A stretch of DNA of 64,000 nt from IMG/VR virus record IMGVR_UViG_3300030329_001736, positions 1 to 64,000 of that record. One strand, given 5' to 3'. A program made the translations under genes and the position numbers. Positions 54,298 through 64,000 of this stretch are shown one piece after another. The DNA comes from a virus. The number at the start of each line of letters is the position of its first letter. Position 1 is the stretch's first letter. Below the pieces are notes generated by a model. It had not been told where the DNA came from. It was given only the letters and a program-made list of their open reading frames with translations, and searched no databases.

Positions 54298-56295
54298 ATG
54301 GACCTGATGAAAAATATTAATAGTCTTTCTATCCCAGAAAAGATTTCTCTTTATAATTGCCTTTATGAAGATTTGTCTGGTAAGGGTATTGATGGAGATA
54401 CTGAACTTGCTCATGTGAATAAGGAGGAAATGGAAGTACTTCGTTCTATGGGCGGATCAGGTACTACTAATCCACACACTAATCTTATTCAGTTTGGTGG
54501 TGGTAGTAAAAGCCCCCCAGCGACACAGACTGTTAAACAGGAAGCTTCTATTCCTCCTGAACTTCGTCCCTTTGTTACGGATATTCTTGAACAGGCACAG
54601 GCTCTTAACAAGAAAAGAACGTCGGAAGGCTACGTTCCTTTTCAAGGTCCACGATTAGCTGACTTTACTCAAGATCAGCAAGTTGCCTTCCAAGGTGTAA
54701 GAGATACAGTAGGAGCAAGCGATCCTTACTTTACTAGAGCTTCGCAACTAACTGAATCTAGCAGTGCTGCACCTACATCTGAGTCAGTAGGTGAGCTTAT
54801 GAATCCTTACATTCAGAATGTACTAGATATTCAGAGGAGAGAAGCAAGAAGAGATGCTGATAGAGTAGGTCAACAGATTGCTGCTAGAGCAGCCCAGCAA
54901 GGAGGTTTTGGAGGAACAAGAGATGCTGTCTTAGCTGCAGAGCATGAAAGAGAAACCCAAAGAAATCTTGATGATATTCAATCAAGAGGATTAGCCGCTG
55001 CATTTGAAGATGCTCAAACCAGATTTGCTCAACAAAGAGAAAGAGAGCGTGCATCAGGGCAGCAGTTTGCTGGTTTAGGTACTAGAATACCAGAGCAAAG
55101 ATTGAGAGAACTTAGCGCTCTTGAAAATGTAGGTAGTGTTCATCAAGACAGAGGTCAGCAAGCTCTTGATATTGCCCAGCAAGAATATGAATTTGGCAGA
55201 ACATTTCCTGAGAGAACTTTGCAAGACTACAGTTCTATTATCAGAGGATTTAGTTCACCTGTTCCTGCCTCTCAATTTACAACATCTAGGACTACTCCAG
55301 CTAGAGCGACCTTTGGTCAAAAGGTTTCGGGTGCAGCAGGTTTAATAGGTGCTGCAGATAGAGCAGGATTTTTTGGGAAGGGTACTAGTATAAGCTCAAC
55401 TGGTGGTTTGATTGGTCGTGCCAGTGGTGGTAGGGTAGCAAGGTATAATGACGGTACTGGTGAGTATACTTTAGCAGGACAAACTAAGCAACAGATTGAA
55501 GACAAATTAAAAATGAGTCCTAGAGAACGTGCTGTTTTACACCAAAATAAGGAGGCTGAAAGACTTGCTAAAATTAAACAAGAAGCAGAGGCGGCTAGAA
55601 AACAAAAATTATCCGCAGGAGAAGCTCCAAAACCCGTTCCGCCACAGGTATCAGAACCATCTTTCCCTCAGTTTTCCCTTCCTGTTCAAACAATGGAAGA
55701 TTACCAAAGACTTTTAGTAAAGCAGGGCGATCTTCAGAAAAGCAGGGCTGCTATGTTAGATGCGAAAAGAAAACTATTACAAAAACAAATAGCAGATGCT
55801 GAAGGTGCGGGTAAAGATGAGTTGTATGCTGGTCTTCTAAGGTATGCTGCTGCTGATCCTGACAAGGGAATACAAGGTCTTTTTGAGGCTTTCCAAGATT
55901 CTCCTGAAAATCTAAAAAAATCACAACAAAGATTAGCCGATCTTCGACTAACAGAAGCTGGTGTAGATTTAGAAGGTGAAGAAGCAGCTATAGAGGACAT
56001 AAAGGGACGAATAACTTTAAGCACTGCCATACAGAAAGCTATTGAATCAAGGCAAGTAGGTATGTCTGAAGCTATTCAAATGAAAAAGTTAGTAGAGTTG
56101 GGTATTGATCCTGAAGACCTACAAAAATATAATATTAAAATTTCTCCAGAGAAACTAAAAGTTTACAAACAACTGTGGAATGCAAGGAACAATAATCCTA
56201 TAAAAACTACTGGAGGAAATACCCGTTCTCCTTCAGCAAAAGACGCTGCGAAGGCAATAAATGATCTTGTAGTAACAACGACAACAAAGGGTTAG
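54298..56295 (+). CDS. Ejection / DNA-transfer protein
   Basis: Y.PF.G.RLA.F...Q, MNPY...V, GGFGGTR motifs; N-terminal pro-domain followed by GGG. Confidence 0.7.
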   Translation: MDLMKNINSLSIPEKISLYNCLYEDLSGKGIDGDTELAHVNKEEMEVLRSMGGSGTTNPHTNLIQFGGGSKSPPATQTVKQEASIPPELRPFVTDILEQAQALNKKRTSEGYVPFQGPRLADFTQDQQVAFQGVRDTVGASDPYFTRASQLTESSSAAPTSESVGELMNPYIQNVLDIQRREARRDADRVGQQIAARAAQQGGFGGTRDAVLAAEHERETQRNLDDIQSRGLAAAFEDAQTRFAQQRERERASGQQFAGLGTRIPEQRLRELSALENVGSVHQDRGQQALDIAQQEYEFGRTFPERTLQDYSSIIRGFSSPVPASQFTTSRTTPARATFGQKVSGAAGLIGAADRAGFFGKGTSISSTGGLIGRASGGRVARYNDGTGEYTLAGQTKQQIEDKLKMSPRERAVLHQNKEAERLAKIKQEAEAARKQKLSAGEAPKPVPPQVSEPSFPQFSLPVQTMEDYQRLLVKQGDLQKSRAAMLDAKRKLLQKQIADAEGAGKDELYAGLLRYAAADPDKGIQGLFEAFQDSPENLKKSQQRLADLRLTEAGVDLEGEEAAIEDIKGRITLSTAIQKAIESRQVGMSEAIQMKKLVELGIDPEDLQKYNIKISPEKLKVYKQLWNARNNNPIKTTGGNTRSPSAKDAAKAINDLVVTTTTKG

Positions 56296-56303
56296 TAGTT
56301 GTA

Positions 56304-59300
56304 ATGTCAAGTAAGGCATCCAGAACATATGACGATATGCTACAGGATCAAGCATTAATTGATGCTATGTGGCATACGGATAAAGCTTTGGGAAATGAGG
56401 TAGCTTATGGTGATAACAAAGCTATCCTAGATAATTTCTTGGAAAACTATAGATGGCGTGAGACTAATCTAGGCTCTATTATTAATGCTTCTAATAGAGT
56501 TGAAGATATGGATACTGATCACAGGAAGATGTTTGCCTACACTCTTCAAGAAATAGAGAAACTGCCTAGCGCTTTCTCGGAAGGTGGTGGAAGCATGTGG
56601 GACGCTATTCTAGATTATGGTGGTGCTGCTATTGCTGATCCAACCAACCTTGCATCTCTGGTTGCAGGTGGTTTTACATTTGGTACTGCAGGGGCGGCTA
56701 CATTTGCTGCTAAAGAAGCAGCGAAGCAAGCAGCTAAAGCTAGTGTCAAAGCTAAACTTAAAGCATTGGTAGGTAAAGCTGGAGCAGCTTCTTTAGTTGC
56801 AGATGGGTCTATAGCCGCTACAGGCGGTGCTTATCATAATCTAAAAAAACAAGGGATACAAAAAGACTTAGGTCTTATTGATGAAATTGATGAGTGGGGT
56901 GCAGTAACTCAAGGACTAATAGAAGGTGTAGCTAGTCCTGTTGTAGGCATTGGGGCTGGAGCAATTGGTCAGGGAATAGGGACAGCAGCAGGTAAACTTA
57001 TTGATAAATCTGAGATAGCTACCCAAGGTAAAGATTTTATATCTCGTTGGCTTATGCCTACTGCAGGTGTATCAGAAATTCAAAGAAGGCTTATTGAAAA
57101 ACCTACTGGTGAGATGCTTCTATTAAAAGAAGATGCGGATATCCTATATAAAAAGCTGAATAAAATTATTTCGGCAGATAAGAATCTTAATTCAAAAGAA
57201 GGTAGAGACTTAATAAACAATGCTCTTGAAGGTGATAAGAATGCTATGGATGTCTTGCGTCAAATGCAAGAGCAAGTAACATATGATAGTGCTGGTAATA
57301 AAGTAGCTAATCCAAATGCAGAACTAGCAGATTTGATAGAAGCAAATAGAGCAAAGATTAAAGAGGCACAAGACTTTGCTGATGAATCTGCTTTATCCAG
57401 AGAGATAAAGGGGTTATTTAATACAGAGAAAGATTATGTAAGAAATATTTATGATGTATATACTCAAAGAAAAAGAAATGTTCCATTCGATAAGTTTATA
57501 AAGGAAAATCCAGAAGTTTTAGGACAACTTAAATGGCAGATCAGAAAAAATCCTAACTCACATTTATGGAATGATTTATCTGAAAAATATATAAACCTCA
57601 AGACTAAAAAAATAATACCTGAAGAAGCAGGTAATGAAGATGCTGTTGTGAAGGAGATTGCAAAAACTCTTTATGCTCCTACTACTAGACTAAGAAAAGA
57701 ATCTGCACCTCTCTTAAAGAAAAGAATCAGAGCGTTAGACCAAGAAAAGATATCTCCATTAGTTCGTAAAATTATGGGTCAGAATAATGATCCTGCTTTA
57801 AGAGCTTTGGAAAGCATAAACGGTTTGATTGAGTCTGCTGCACGAACTAATGCTATCAGAAACATAGCTTATGATTCAGTCAGAAATAATTATGGTTATA
57901 TTTCTAAAGCAAGAAATCTTGAAGAGGCGCGTGCTGAAGCGGTAGCAAAATTAGGACCAGATATAATGCGTTTGGTTGGTACAACTACAGACGCTGGAAA
58001 TAAAAAACTTAAAGATAAAAAAACAGTAACAAGTCTAGATGACGATGTAATTGAAGAAGGTCTGAAGTACACCTTTGTTACTAAGAAAGAAGGTGAAAAA
58101 TTAAAGATGCTCCTTGATGAGACAGATATGTATCAAGGAGATAGTTTACTTGCTAGTGCAGGTAGGGCTATTTCTGGTTTACAAGGGTTTATGAAGGCAG
58201 GTAAAACTCTTTACAATCCTATAGGTGCAGGTAGAAATATTTTAGGCGCTGCTGGATATACGTTAGCTGGTGGTAATGTCAAAGGTATTATAAATGCTGC
58301 TACGAATGCATACGGTAAGATGACTAATAAAGAAAGAGGTCTTCTAGAAGAAGAGTTTATTAATTCTGGTTTGAAGGGGTCAAACATTGATCTCAACCAA
58401 GCAATGAAAAGAATAGGCGATATCTCTAACAGAGAAAATAACCAGAGTTTTTGGACAGACACAAGTTTATCTAACCTTGCTAGATCAGGAGGTTTATCTT
58501 TATTTGGTAAAGGGGGTGCTAAAACAGCAGAAAAAATGAGAGCATTCTACGCTGCTGGTGATGATGTATTTAAGTATGGTACGTTTGTCAATGAAAAGGA
58601 TAAAGCCAAGAAAGTTTTTAACAGTTATTCTAAAGAAAGACAAGACGAAATACTAGATAAATTCCAAAAGGATTTCTTCTTCGATCCAAAGGTAGCTGAC
58701 AACTATGGACCTTGGGATGAAAAATATGGGGCAGCAAGAAAAGCTTTAGAGAATGCTTACCTAAAAGAAGAAGCAGCAAGAATTACAGCTAATATTACTC
58801 CTGTCTATGATCGTATTCCTAAACTCTTAGAGTTAATGAGAGGTGTACCTGTTATCGGTTCGTTTACTGCTTATCCTGCAGAGCGTCTACGCAATAGATA
58901 CAACATTATGAAACAAGCTTCTGAAGAAATATCCAGAGGTGCGGCTGAAGGTAACGGTAAGTTAGTTTTAAATGGAGTAAAAAGACTATCAGGATTTGGT
59001 ACGATGGTTGGTGGTCTTCATGTAGGAGCGCATCTTTTAAATGAATATAATAATTTTTCTTCAGAAGAGGATGTTTTAAGAAAGAACGCTCCTGAATATG
59101 ATAGGAATGGCGCTCTTCTTGTTACGGGTAAAGATAAGAAGGGTAATATAACTTACCATAATTTAAATTACATCCATCCTGACAGTGATATGCTGGATGC
59201 TATAACTCCAATTATGTTGAAAGCATTTAGAGGAGAAGATGTAAGTGAAAATTTAGGTGAAGCTGTAAAGGATTCCTTCTTTGGTTTAATCAAACCTTAT

Positions 59301-60110
59301 GTACAACCTAGTTTAGCTTTACAGTTTGCTAGTGACATGTTAGGTTATGTAGAGACAGGTGAAGATTACTTTTTTAAAGAAGCTCTTAAAACAATAGAGC
59401 CGGGATATGCCAATATTATTAGAGATTTTTCTCACCATGCAGGTGTTATGCCTACAGGAGTAGAAGAAACACTATATCCTAGTAGGTTTGGAGTTCCCTC
59501 TGAGAAGGCTGAAGGTGTAGGAGACTACTTAAATAAAGCTGGATTTGGTACTGTTCCTTTTGTCAAGGAGAAAAAATTTAATCCTAAACTAGGTTTAGCT
59601 TTTGCTCTGAAAAAAATAGCTAGGAATGTATCGGAAGAAAACAGAGACTTTACTAAGGAGATTAAAACTAAATTATTAAATACAAGCAGAAGTTCTTCTC
59701 TTCAAGATATATACGATACAGACTTATCTATACTAAAAAAATATAGCGATCTCCTTCAAGTTAAGCATGAGGAACAGAGAGCTTTGGCTAAAATTATAGA
59801 CAATTTAAAAGGGGTTATGTCCCATAGAGAAATAAAGAATTTTTTGAAGTACCAAGGAAGTTCTGCTAGAACTGGACTATCAGATAAAGTTATTAATTCT
59901 GTTATGAGAGGTAGAGCTTACGCTTTCGATAAAGGAAGAAACGATTCTTTTTGGAGAGGTATAAATAAATCTTTAGAAGGACAGACAGGTTTACTTCAAG
60001 GTAGAAGACTCAATCCTTTAAGAAAGAAGATGAAAGAAATAGAATCTTATTACCATAATCTTGATCTTCTCGAAGATGCACCTGAGTTAGAGTTTAGTCA
60101 ACCAAAGTAA
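56304..60110 (+). CDS. Large internal virion protein
   Basis: 1268 aa; ADPTNL hydrophobic block; P.Y..IP......P.IG.F..YP.E..R motif. Confidence 0.7.
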   Translation: MSSKASRTYDDMLQDQALIDAMWHTDKALGNEVAYGDNKAILDNFLENYRWRETNLGSIINASNRVEDMDTDHRKMFAYTLQEIEKLPSAFSEGGGSMWDAILDYGGAAIADPTNLASLVAGGFTFGTAGAATFAAKEAAKQAAKASVKAKLKALVGKAGAASLVADGSIAATGGAYHNLKKQGIQKDLGLIDEIDEWGAVTQGLIEGVASPVVGIGAGAIGQGIGTAAGKLIDKSEIATQGKDFISRWLMPTAGVSEIQRRLIEKPTGEMLLLKEDADILYKKLNKIISADKNLNSKEGRDLINNALEGDKNAMDVLRQMQEQVTYDSAGNKVANPNAELADLIEANRAKIKEAQDFADESALSREIKGLFNTEKDYVRNIYDVYTQRKRNVPFDKFIKENPEVLGQLKWQIRKNPNSHLWNDLSEKYINLKTKKIIPEEAGNEDAVVKEIAKTLYAPTTRLRKESAPLLKKRIRALDQEKISPLVRKIMGQNNDPALRALESINGLIESAARTNAIRNIAYDSVRNNYGYISKARNLEEARAEAVAKLGPDIMRLVGTTTDAGNKKLKDKKTVTSLDDDVIEEGLKYTFVTKKEGEKLKMLLDETDMYQGDSLLASAGRAISGLQGFMKAGKTLYNPIGAGRNILGAAGYTLAGGNVKGIINAATNAYGKMTNKERGLLEEEFINSGLKGSNIDLNQAMKRIGDISNRENNQSFWTDTSLSNLARSGGLSLFGKGGAKTAEKMRAFYAAGDDVFKYGTFVNEKDKAKKVFNSYSKERQDEILDKFQKDFFFDPKVADNYGPWDEKYGAARKALENAYLKEEAARITANITPVYDRIPKLLELMRGVPVIGSFTAYPAERLRNRYNIMKQASEEISRGAAEGNGKLVLNGVKRLSGFGTMVGGLHVGAHLLNEYNNFSSEEDVLRKNAPEYDRNGALLVTGKDKKGNITYHNLNYIHPDSDMLDAITPIMLKAFRGEDVSENLGEAVKDSFFGLIKPYVQPSLALQFASDMLGYVETGEDYFFKEALKTIEPGYANIIRDFSHHAGVMPTGVEETLYPSRFGVPSEKAEGVGDYLNKAGFGTVPFVKEKKFNPKLGLAFALKKIARNVSEENRDFTKEIKTKLLNTSRSSSLQDIYDTDLSILKKYSDLLQVKHEEQRALAKIIDNLKGVMSHREIKNFLKYQGSSARTGLSDKVINSVMRGRAYAFDKGRNDSFWRGINKSLEGQTGLLQGRRLNPLRKKMKEIESYYHNLDLLEDAPELEFSQPK

Positions 60111-60126
60111 AGAGTACCAAAACAAA

Positions 60127-60498
60127 ATGGAAATGAACGCTGAATTTTTATTTCAGGTAGGAGCAGTAGTAGCTTCTCTTGCTGGAGCATGGGGTCTGGT
60201 CAGGGCGCAAGTCAATACCTTGAAGTCTACCCAAGAAGAAATGAAGAACTACATAGATGAACTGAATCGAGAGTTAGATAAGGCTGAGAATAATGTATCT
60301 GTTATGAAGAGTCAGATTAAAATCTTAGCTGATATACTTAGCCCTGCTAATCTAGCTTCAGAGAACAGAAGAAAAGGAGAAACTGCTAGAAGATTACAAT
60401 CATTAGAAGAAGCTGTTGTAGTACTCCAGCACATGCACAACGGAAAGCATCCCCCTGTGGATTATAATGAGCCTAAAAAGACAAAATCCTCTGAGTGA
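60127..60498 (+). CDS. TM plus coiled-coil protein (homolog of 3007-3354)
   Basis: Shared SP..L/M and MHNG.HP motifs. Confidence 0.65.
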   Translation: MEMNAEFLFQVGAVVASLAGAWGLVRAQVNTLKSTQEEMKNYIDELNRELDKAENNVSVMKSQIKILADILSPANLASENRRKGETARRLQSLEEAVVVLQHMHNGKHPPVDYNEPKKTKSSE

Positions 60499-60510
60499 AG
60501 CTGTAAGAGA

Positions 60511-60574
60511 CACACAGAGGATTGATGTTCTTTCTGGTAGGTTGCCCTATAAAACTAAGAGAAGGCTACTCAGG
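60511..60574. other. Conserved DNA element shared with 4096-4160 (strong-gyrase-site-like)
   Basis: Intergenic between convergent genes, next to terS. Confidence 0.45.
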
Positions 60575-60597
60575 GGCTTTCCTAGCGAGACAATTTT

Positions 60598-61074
60598 CTA
60601 CTGAACCGTAGTAATTTCCTGTTCTTCCTCCTCTTCCTCCTCAATATCCTCTTCTTCCTCATCTTGAAACCATTTACATCCTAAAAATATTTTGGATGAT
60701 CTTTCCTCTCCTAAGATTTCAAAATTGTTTATTATGTCTTGCTCTAGTTCAGCGATAGATTTAATAACTTCTTCATCTTTGACTGATCTTACTTTGGATA
60801 GAACTTCAAGAGCTTTGATTGCGCTGTTGGTGTGACCATTATTCTTGGCGTAGGTATACTGGTTTTCTATTTCAGAGATAACATCAATCTTTGTCTCTAA
60901 TTCTTTTTCTAGTTCTTCTATTCTTTCCTTGATGTCTTCTCGTTGTACTAGCCTGTGTCCTTGAGTGTGAGCAGACACGGCAGAATATCCTGCTGACTTA
61001 GCAGACTCCGTGGCATTACGAAGAACAACGTATGCCTGACAAAACTTCTCTTGTTTTAAATTTAATTCTGCCAT
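60598..61074 (-). CDS. terS: Terminase small subunit (Terminase_2 type)
   Basis: L..KQEKFCQAY....NATESA..AGYS..SA...G.RL; AIKALE.L. Confidence 0.9.
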   Translation of the reverse strand: MAELNLKQEKFCQAYVVLRNATESAKSAGYSAVSAHTQGHRLVQREDIKERIEELEKELETKIDVISEIENQYTYAKNNGHTNSAIKALEVLSKVRSVKDEEVIKSIAELEQDIINNFEILGEERSSKIFLGCKWFQDEEEEDIEEEEEEEQEITTVQ

Positions 61075-61078
61075 TACT

Positions 61079-61279
61079 CTACCCGCAAAATTTTTCCCAT
61101 GTTACATTATGTGATAGTATTTGTTTTGCTGTTATTTCAGTAAGCTTATCCTTGTCTGATATAGATATAGGTTTCGTCCATCCGCATTTAAGGCTCCCGC
61201 CTCCAACGCTTACGCAACCGCTTAGTAACAGTATCAGAAGAAAGCACCCAAATTTCGTTTTCAATTTTATTCCTTTCAT
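61079..61279 (-). CDS. o-spanin-like lipoprotein
   Basis: LLLSGC lipobox; overlaps the i-spanin gene; C.W.KPI...D.LT......IL.HN..W..FC. Confidence 0.75.
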   Translation of the reverse strand: MKGIKLKTKFGCFLLILLLSGCVSVGGGSLKCGWTKPISISDKDKLTEITAKQILSHNVTWEKFCG

Positions 61280-61403
61280 TAGCTTTTTCTACTGCATCTT
61301 TTAATCCAGCTTTCTGAGCCGCATCACTACCAGCTTTATAGGCAAAGATCAACGGAAGAAACTTAGTAACGAAACCAAACACAGATGAAATAATAGATAA
61401 CAT
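61188..61403 (-). CDS. i-spanin-like protein
   Basis: N-terminal TM plus helical domain overlapping the lipoprotein gene. Confidence 0.7.
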   Translation of the reverse strand: MLSIISSVFGFVTKFLPLIFAYKAGSDAAQKAGLKDAVEKANERNKIENEIWVLSSDTVTKRLRKRWRREP

Positions 61404-61467
61404 TTTATACTCCTTTAAGAAGGAAGGACAGGGACACTAATATGAATGCCCCTGTCTTGTTGGTAAT

Positions 61468-61653
61468 CTACTTGCCTGTCTCTTTAGCCTTTCCGATAGT
61501 AAGGCTCAAGAACTCAAGCACTTTGTAAATCTTTCCCATAACAGAATCAGGAGCAGGTGTTTTCGTACCTGCTACCAGTAGACTAGCGATAGTAACAATA
61601 CCTGTTACAGTTGATAGAATAACATCACTATTAGACATAACCATTTCTAGCAT
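61468..61653 (-). CDS. Holin-like protein
   Basis: TM segment, AS...A.T.TP..D....K.YK..E.L...IGKAK motif. Confidence 0.65.
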   Translation of the reverse strand: MLEMVMSNSDVILSTVTGIVTIASLLVAGTKTPAPDSVMGKIYKVLEFLSLTIGKAKETGK

Positions 61654-61666
61654 TTAGAATACTCCT

Positions 61667-63970
61667 TTATGCTGCTTCTCTTTCTGGAATCAAATCCAAG
61701 TAATGTACTTTATTGTTTTGCTTGGATGCCTTATATACTTCTGAGATTAATGTGTTCTCTCCGTATATGTTAATATTCATTTCTATTTCAGTATTATCAA
61801 ATAGTCTTTCGCAATCTTGTGCCATAGCTAGTAGTTCTCCGGTAGTCCAGAACTCTACACCATTGGTTTCTACTTTCATATACTTAGGTTTGTTATCCCT
61901 GACTGTTTCCTTTTTCTCTTCCTCTGTAATTTCTCTTGGCATACTACAATCGAAGCCAAACAAATGGAAGTTACGGAAACCATATATGTGCATCATACCA
62001 ATAGATCGCATGGCAGCGCAAGTACCTCCATTAACAAACACTGCATCACTTTGGATATCTAGTTTCTTATCTACCTCTATACTCTCTGTTGATTGACCCT
62101 TAACTTGTTTAGCTACAGCTTGTGAAAAGGCGTGCCATCCGTAGATGTTATCTGTTTTAGATTTAAGTAATTCAGTAACACTAGGATCAGTCATAGAGGC
62201 TATAAAGAATTTTGTTGTATCATCTACAGTATCAAACAAAGATGAACGTACTACACCATGAGTGCTTGTGCCTGTTACTGGTCGAGGATCAAGTATAACA
62301 CATGCCCACGGCTGTACACAAGCCTCTAGAAGTTTAGGATAACTGTGCTTCACACAGATAATCTTACCATTGGTTTCTTTCTGTACCCTCTTCACTTCTT
62401 CAAAGTCAACTGAAGGGCCAGCAGATACGATGATGGCATGTTCTTCGTGAATGTTACATGTCTTAATGGTATCCCACTTAGAGATTAGTTTTGCATTCTT
62501 ATTAATGTTATCCCAGATATATTCTTTTGGTACAGAATCTTTAGGTTGAACAATGATAGGCATCTTAGTTAAATCTGTAGGAATATCAGGAAGACTATCA
62601 TCATTAAGAAGAACAGCTAGATGGGTTCTTCCTCCACCCTTCACTCTATCTTGAGAGGGCAGAACAGTTACTCTCTTATTCTTCAGAGATTCTACAAGAC
62701 GGTTAGTTCCTAAGTACTCGTCGTCCAAGATGTTTCCATTCTCATCCTTAGAAAAGAAATCATCAAAGACAATACAAGGAATATGCTTTAGATTTTCGTA
62801 GTCTGACCTTACAGTTTCCTCACTGTGACCACCATCAATGAATGCAAAGGAAGCTTTCTTTAGTTTCTTCTGGGCTTTCTTCAGTGTAACTTTTGAATCA
62901 CCTCTGAATAGATTAAAGGTGAACGTCTTACCTTGCTCCTTCATCTTCTTCTTGAAGTCAGACAGTCTCTTTCGTACTGCCTTGGCTTTGTTGTGTGCCT
63001 TAGAGTTTAGTTCTACTACATCTAACTCATCCGTAGCTTCTTCAAATAGATCGAAGCCTACATACCTAACCTTATCGCTCTTCTCAAAAGCAGCTAGTGA
63101 CATTTCAATAGCACGACCGCCATTCCATGTACCTACCTCTACAATACTATCAGTAGCATACGCTCTAACAAGGTCTGCTAGTTGCCTGTAGCGTGGCAGA
63201 TTAACATCTGGTGCAACAGTATCATCAGATAGCTCACTCTTCAGATTACCTTTGAAGTGTTTCATATACTGGGATACAGGAGAATTAGCAAAGGCAGACA
63301 AGCCCTTGACGTTTGGAGTAAGGTTGTGAACCTTCATGCCATGAGCAATGTAAATCTTTAGAAGACGTTCAAAGATAAAGCCATCATGCCACTCTCTGTA
63401 AGACACCACCTCACCAATATCATAACACCCTCTCAAGTCTGCAAGAAGATAGTGAGGTGATTGATAATCAAGGTTAAAGCCCACGAAAGAAGTCTCACTG
63501 TAGTCTACATCCTTACGTCCGAGATGTACTAGCTCTGCTTTCTCTGGAAGAAAAGAAAGAACCTTCTCTTCGCTTAGAGGTTTGATAGTTTGAGTATCTG
63601 CATCAAGCCAGATCAACCATCCACCTTTGACTTCTTTCTCGCTTATCTCTAGGGATAGGTCAGTCATAGCATAGACTTTATGACACCACTTAATAGCATC
63701 CATACGCCAGTTGTAGTCTACCACCCCTCCTTCAGTACCGTCATGTACCTTCATGCTCTCTCTGTAAGATAGCATGTCTTCTACATCATTAAGATTCCTG
63801 TACTCAATTACTTTTGAATAAGGAAACTCAGCTACCAATTCATCAGGACAGTCATGGTAGTAAGCAATAAGTTTAAGGTCGTCTTTCCAATACTTAGCCA
63901 CTGAGTTAAGCATGTTCTCGGCATAGCTTACATAGCCAGCCGCACTAAACGAAGTTACAAATCTGATCAT
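61667..63970 (-). CDS. Glycosyltransferase / SAM methyltransferase / Maf(DUF115)-like fusion
   Basis: WLDAD and HFKG; EVGTWNGG, FIDGGHS and FDD; IVSAGPS and GFRNFHLFGFD. Start moved to the ATG at 63970. Confidence 0.75.
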   Translation of the reverse strand: MIRFVTSFSAAGYVSYAENMLNSVAKYWKDDLKLIAYYHDCPDELVAEFPYSKVIEYRNLNDVEDMLSYRESMKVHDGTEGGVVDYNWRMDAIKWCHKVYAMTDLSLEISEKEVKGGWLIWLDADTQTIKPLSEEKVLSFLPEKAELVHLGRKDVDYSETSFVGFNLDYQSPHYLLADLRGCYDIGEVVSYREWHDGFIFERLLKIYIAHGMKVHNLTPNVKGLSAFANSPVSQYMKHFKGNLKSELSDDTVAPDVNLPRYRQLADLVRAYATDSIVEVGTWNGGRAIEMSLAAFEKSDKVRYVGFDLFEEATDELDVVELNSKAHNKAKAVRKRLSDFKKKMKEQGKTFTFNLFRGDSKVTLKKAQKKLKKASFAFIDGGHSEETVRSDYENLKHIPCIVFDDFFSKDENGNILDDEYLGTNRLVESLKNKRVTVLPSQDRVKGGGRTHLAVLLNDDSLPDIPTDLTKMPIIVQPKDSVPKEYIWDNINKNAKLISKWDTIKTCNIHEEHAIIVSAGPSVDFEEVKRVQKETNGKIICVKHSYPKLLEACVQPWACVILDPRPVTGTSTHGVVRSSLFDTVDDTTKFFIASMTDPSVTELLKSKTDNIYGWHAFSQAVAKQVKGQSTESIEVDKKLDIQSDAVFVNGGTCAAMRSIGMMHIYGFRNFHLFGFDCSMPREITEEEKKETVRDNKPKYMKVETNGVEFWTTGELLAMAQDCERLFDNTEIEMNINIYGENTLISEVYKASKQNNKVHYLDLIPEREAA

Positions 63971-64000
63971 TTTATTGTGCCATCTCCTCATATAATTCTG

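Larger units (their letters stand above)
44403..64000. mobile_element. Segment of a second, AT-rich marine-type podovirus (tail/ejection module, TerS, lysis genes)
   Basis: Compositional shift, a second tail-tube and ejection gene set, a second TerS of a different family, no GCCATACTAG promoters. The left boundary is approximate (41-44 kb). Confidence 0.85.

Noticed and set aside
46350-58660. ATACTAGA occurrences in the second phage as promoters
   Set aside because: They lack the GCC prefix and are ordinary Ile-Leu-Glu/Asp codons in AT-rich genes.
61427-61456. Hairpin between the holin and i-spanin genes
   Set aside because: The stem is real but lacks a clear U-tract; function cannot be assigned.

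Overview
The window is entirely phage DNA and contains two different podovirus-type genomes joined inside tail-fibre genes. Bases 1 to about 41-44 kb are an apparently complete, circularly permuted T7-like (Autographiviridae) genome of about 41 kb. Its order is fibre C-terminus, lysis genes, TerS/TerL, end repeats, early region, repressor-like HTH plus tyrosine integrase, single-subunit RNAP, replication and nucleotide genes (ThyX, class II RNR), head, tail, ejection proteins and a gp17-type fibre. The host is probably an alphaproteobacterium (inference). From about 44.4 kb the DNA is markedly more AT-rich. It encodes the tail and ejection module, TerS, lysis cassette and a glycosylation enzyme of an unrelated marine-type podovirus. 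Non-coding highlights: a canonical hammerhead ribozyme in the early transcript (6683-6744), seven copies of a putative phage-RNAP promoter GCCATACTAGAA, a TGTA-box motif, a structured capsid leader, and a 65-nt element shared by both phages next to terS that resembles strong gyrase sites. Protein highlights: ejection proteins punctuated by xxGG motifs and a repeated pro-domain, Met-Cys/Gly N-termini next to GNAT genes, a QueC-like enzyme coupled to a fibre gene, and a GT-methyltransferase-Maf fusion. All family calls are by motif recognition; no database searches were run.
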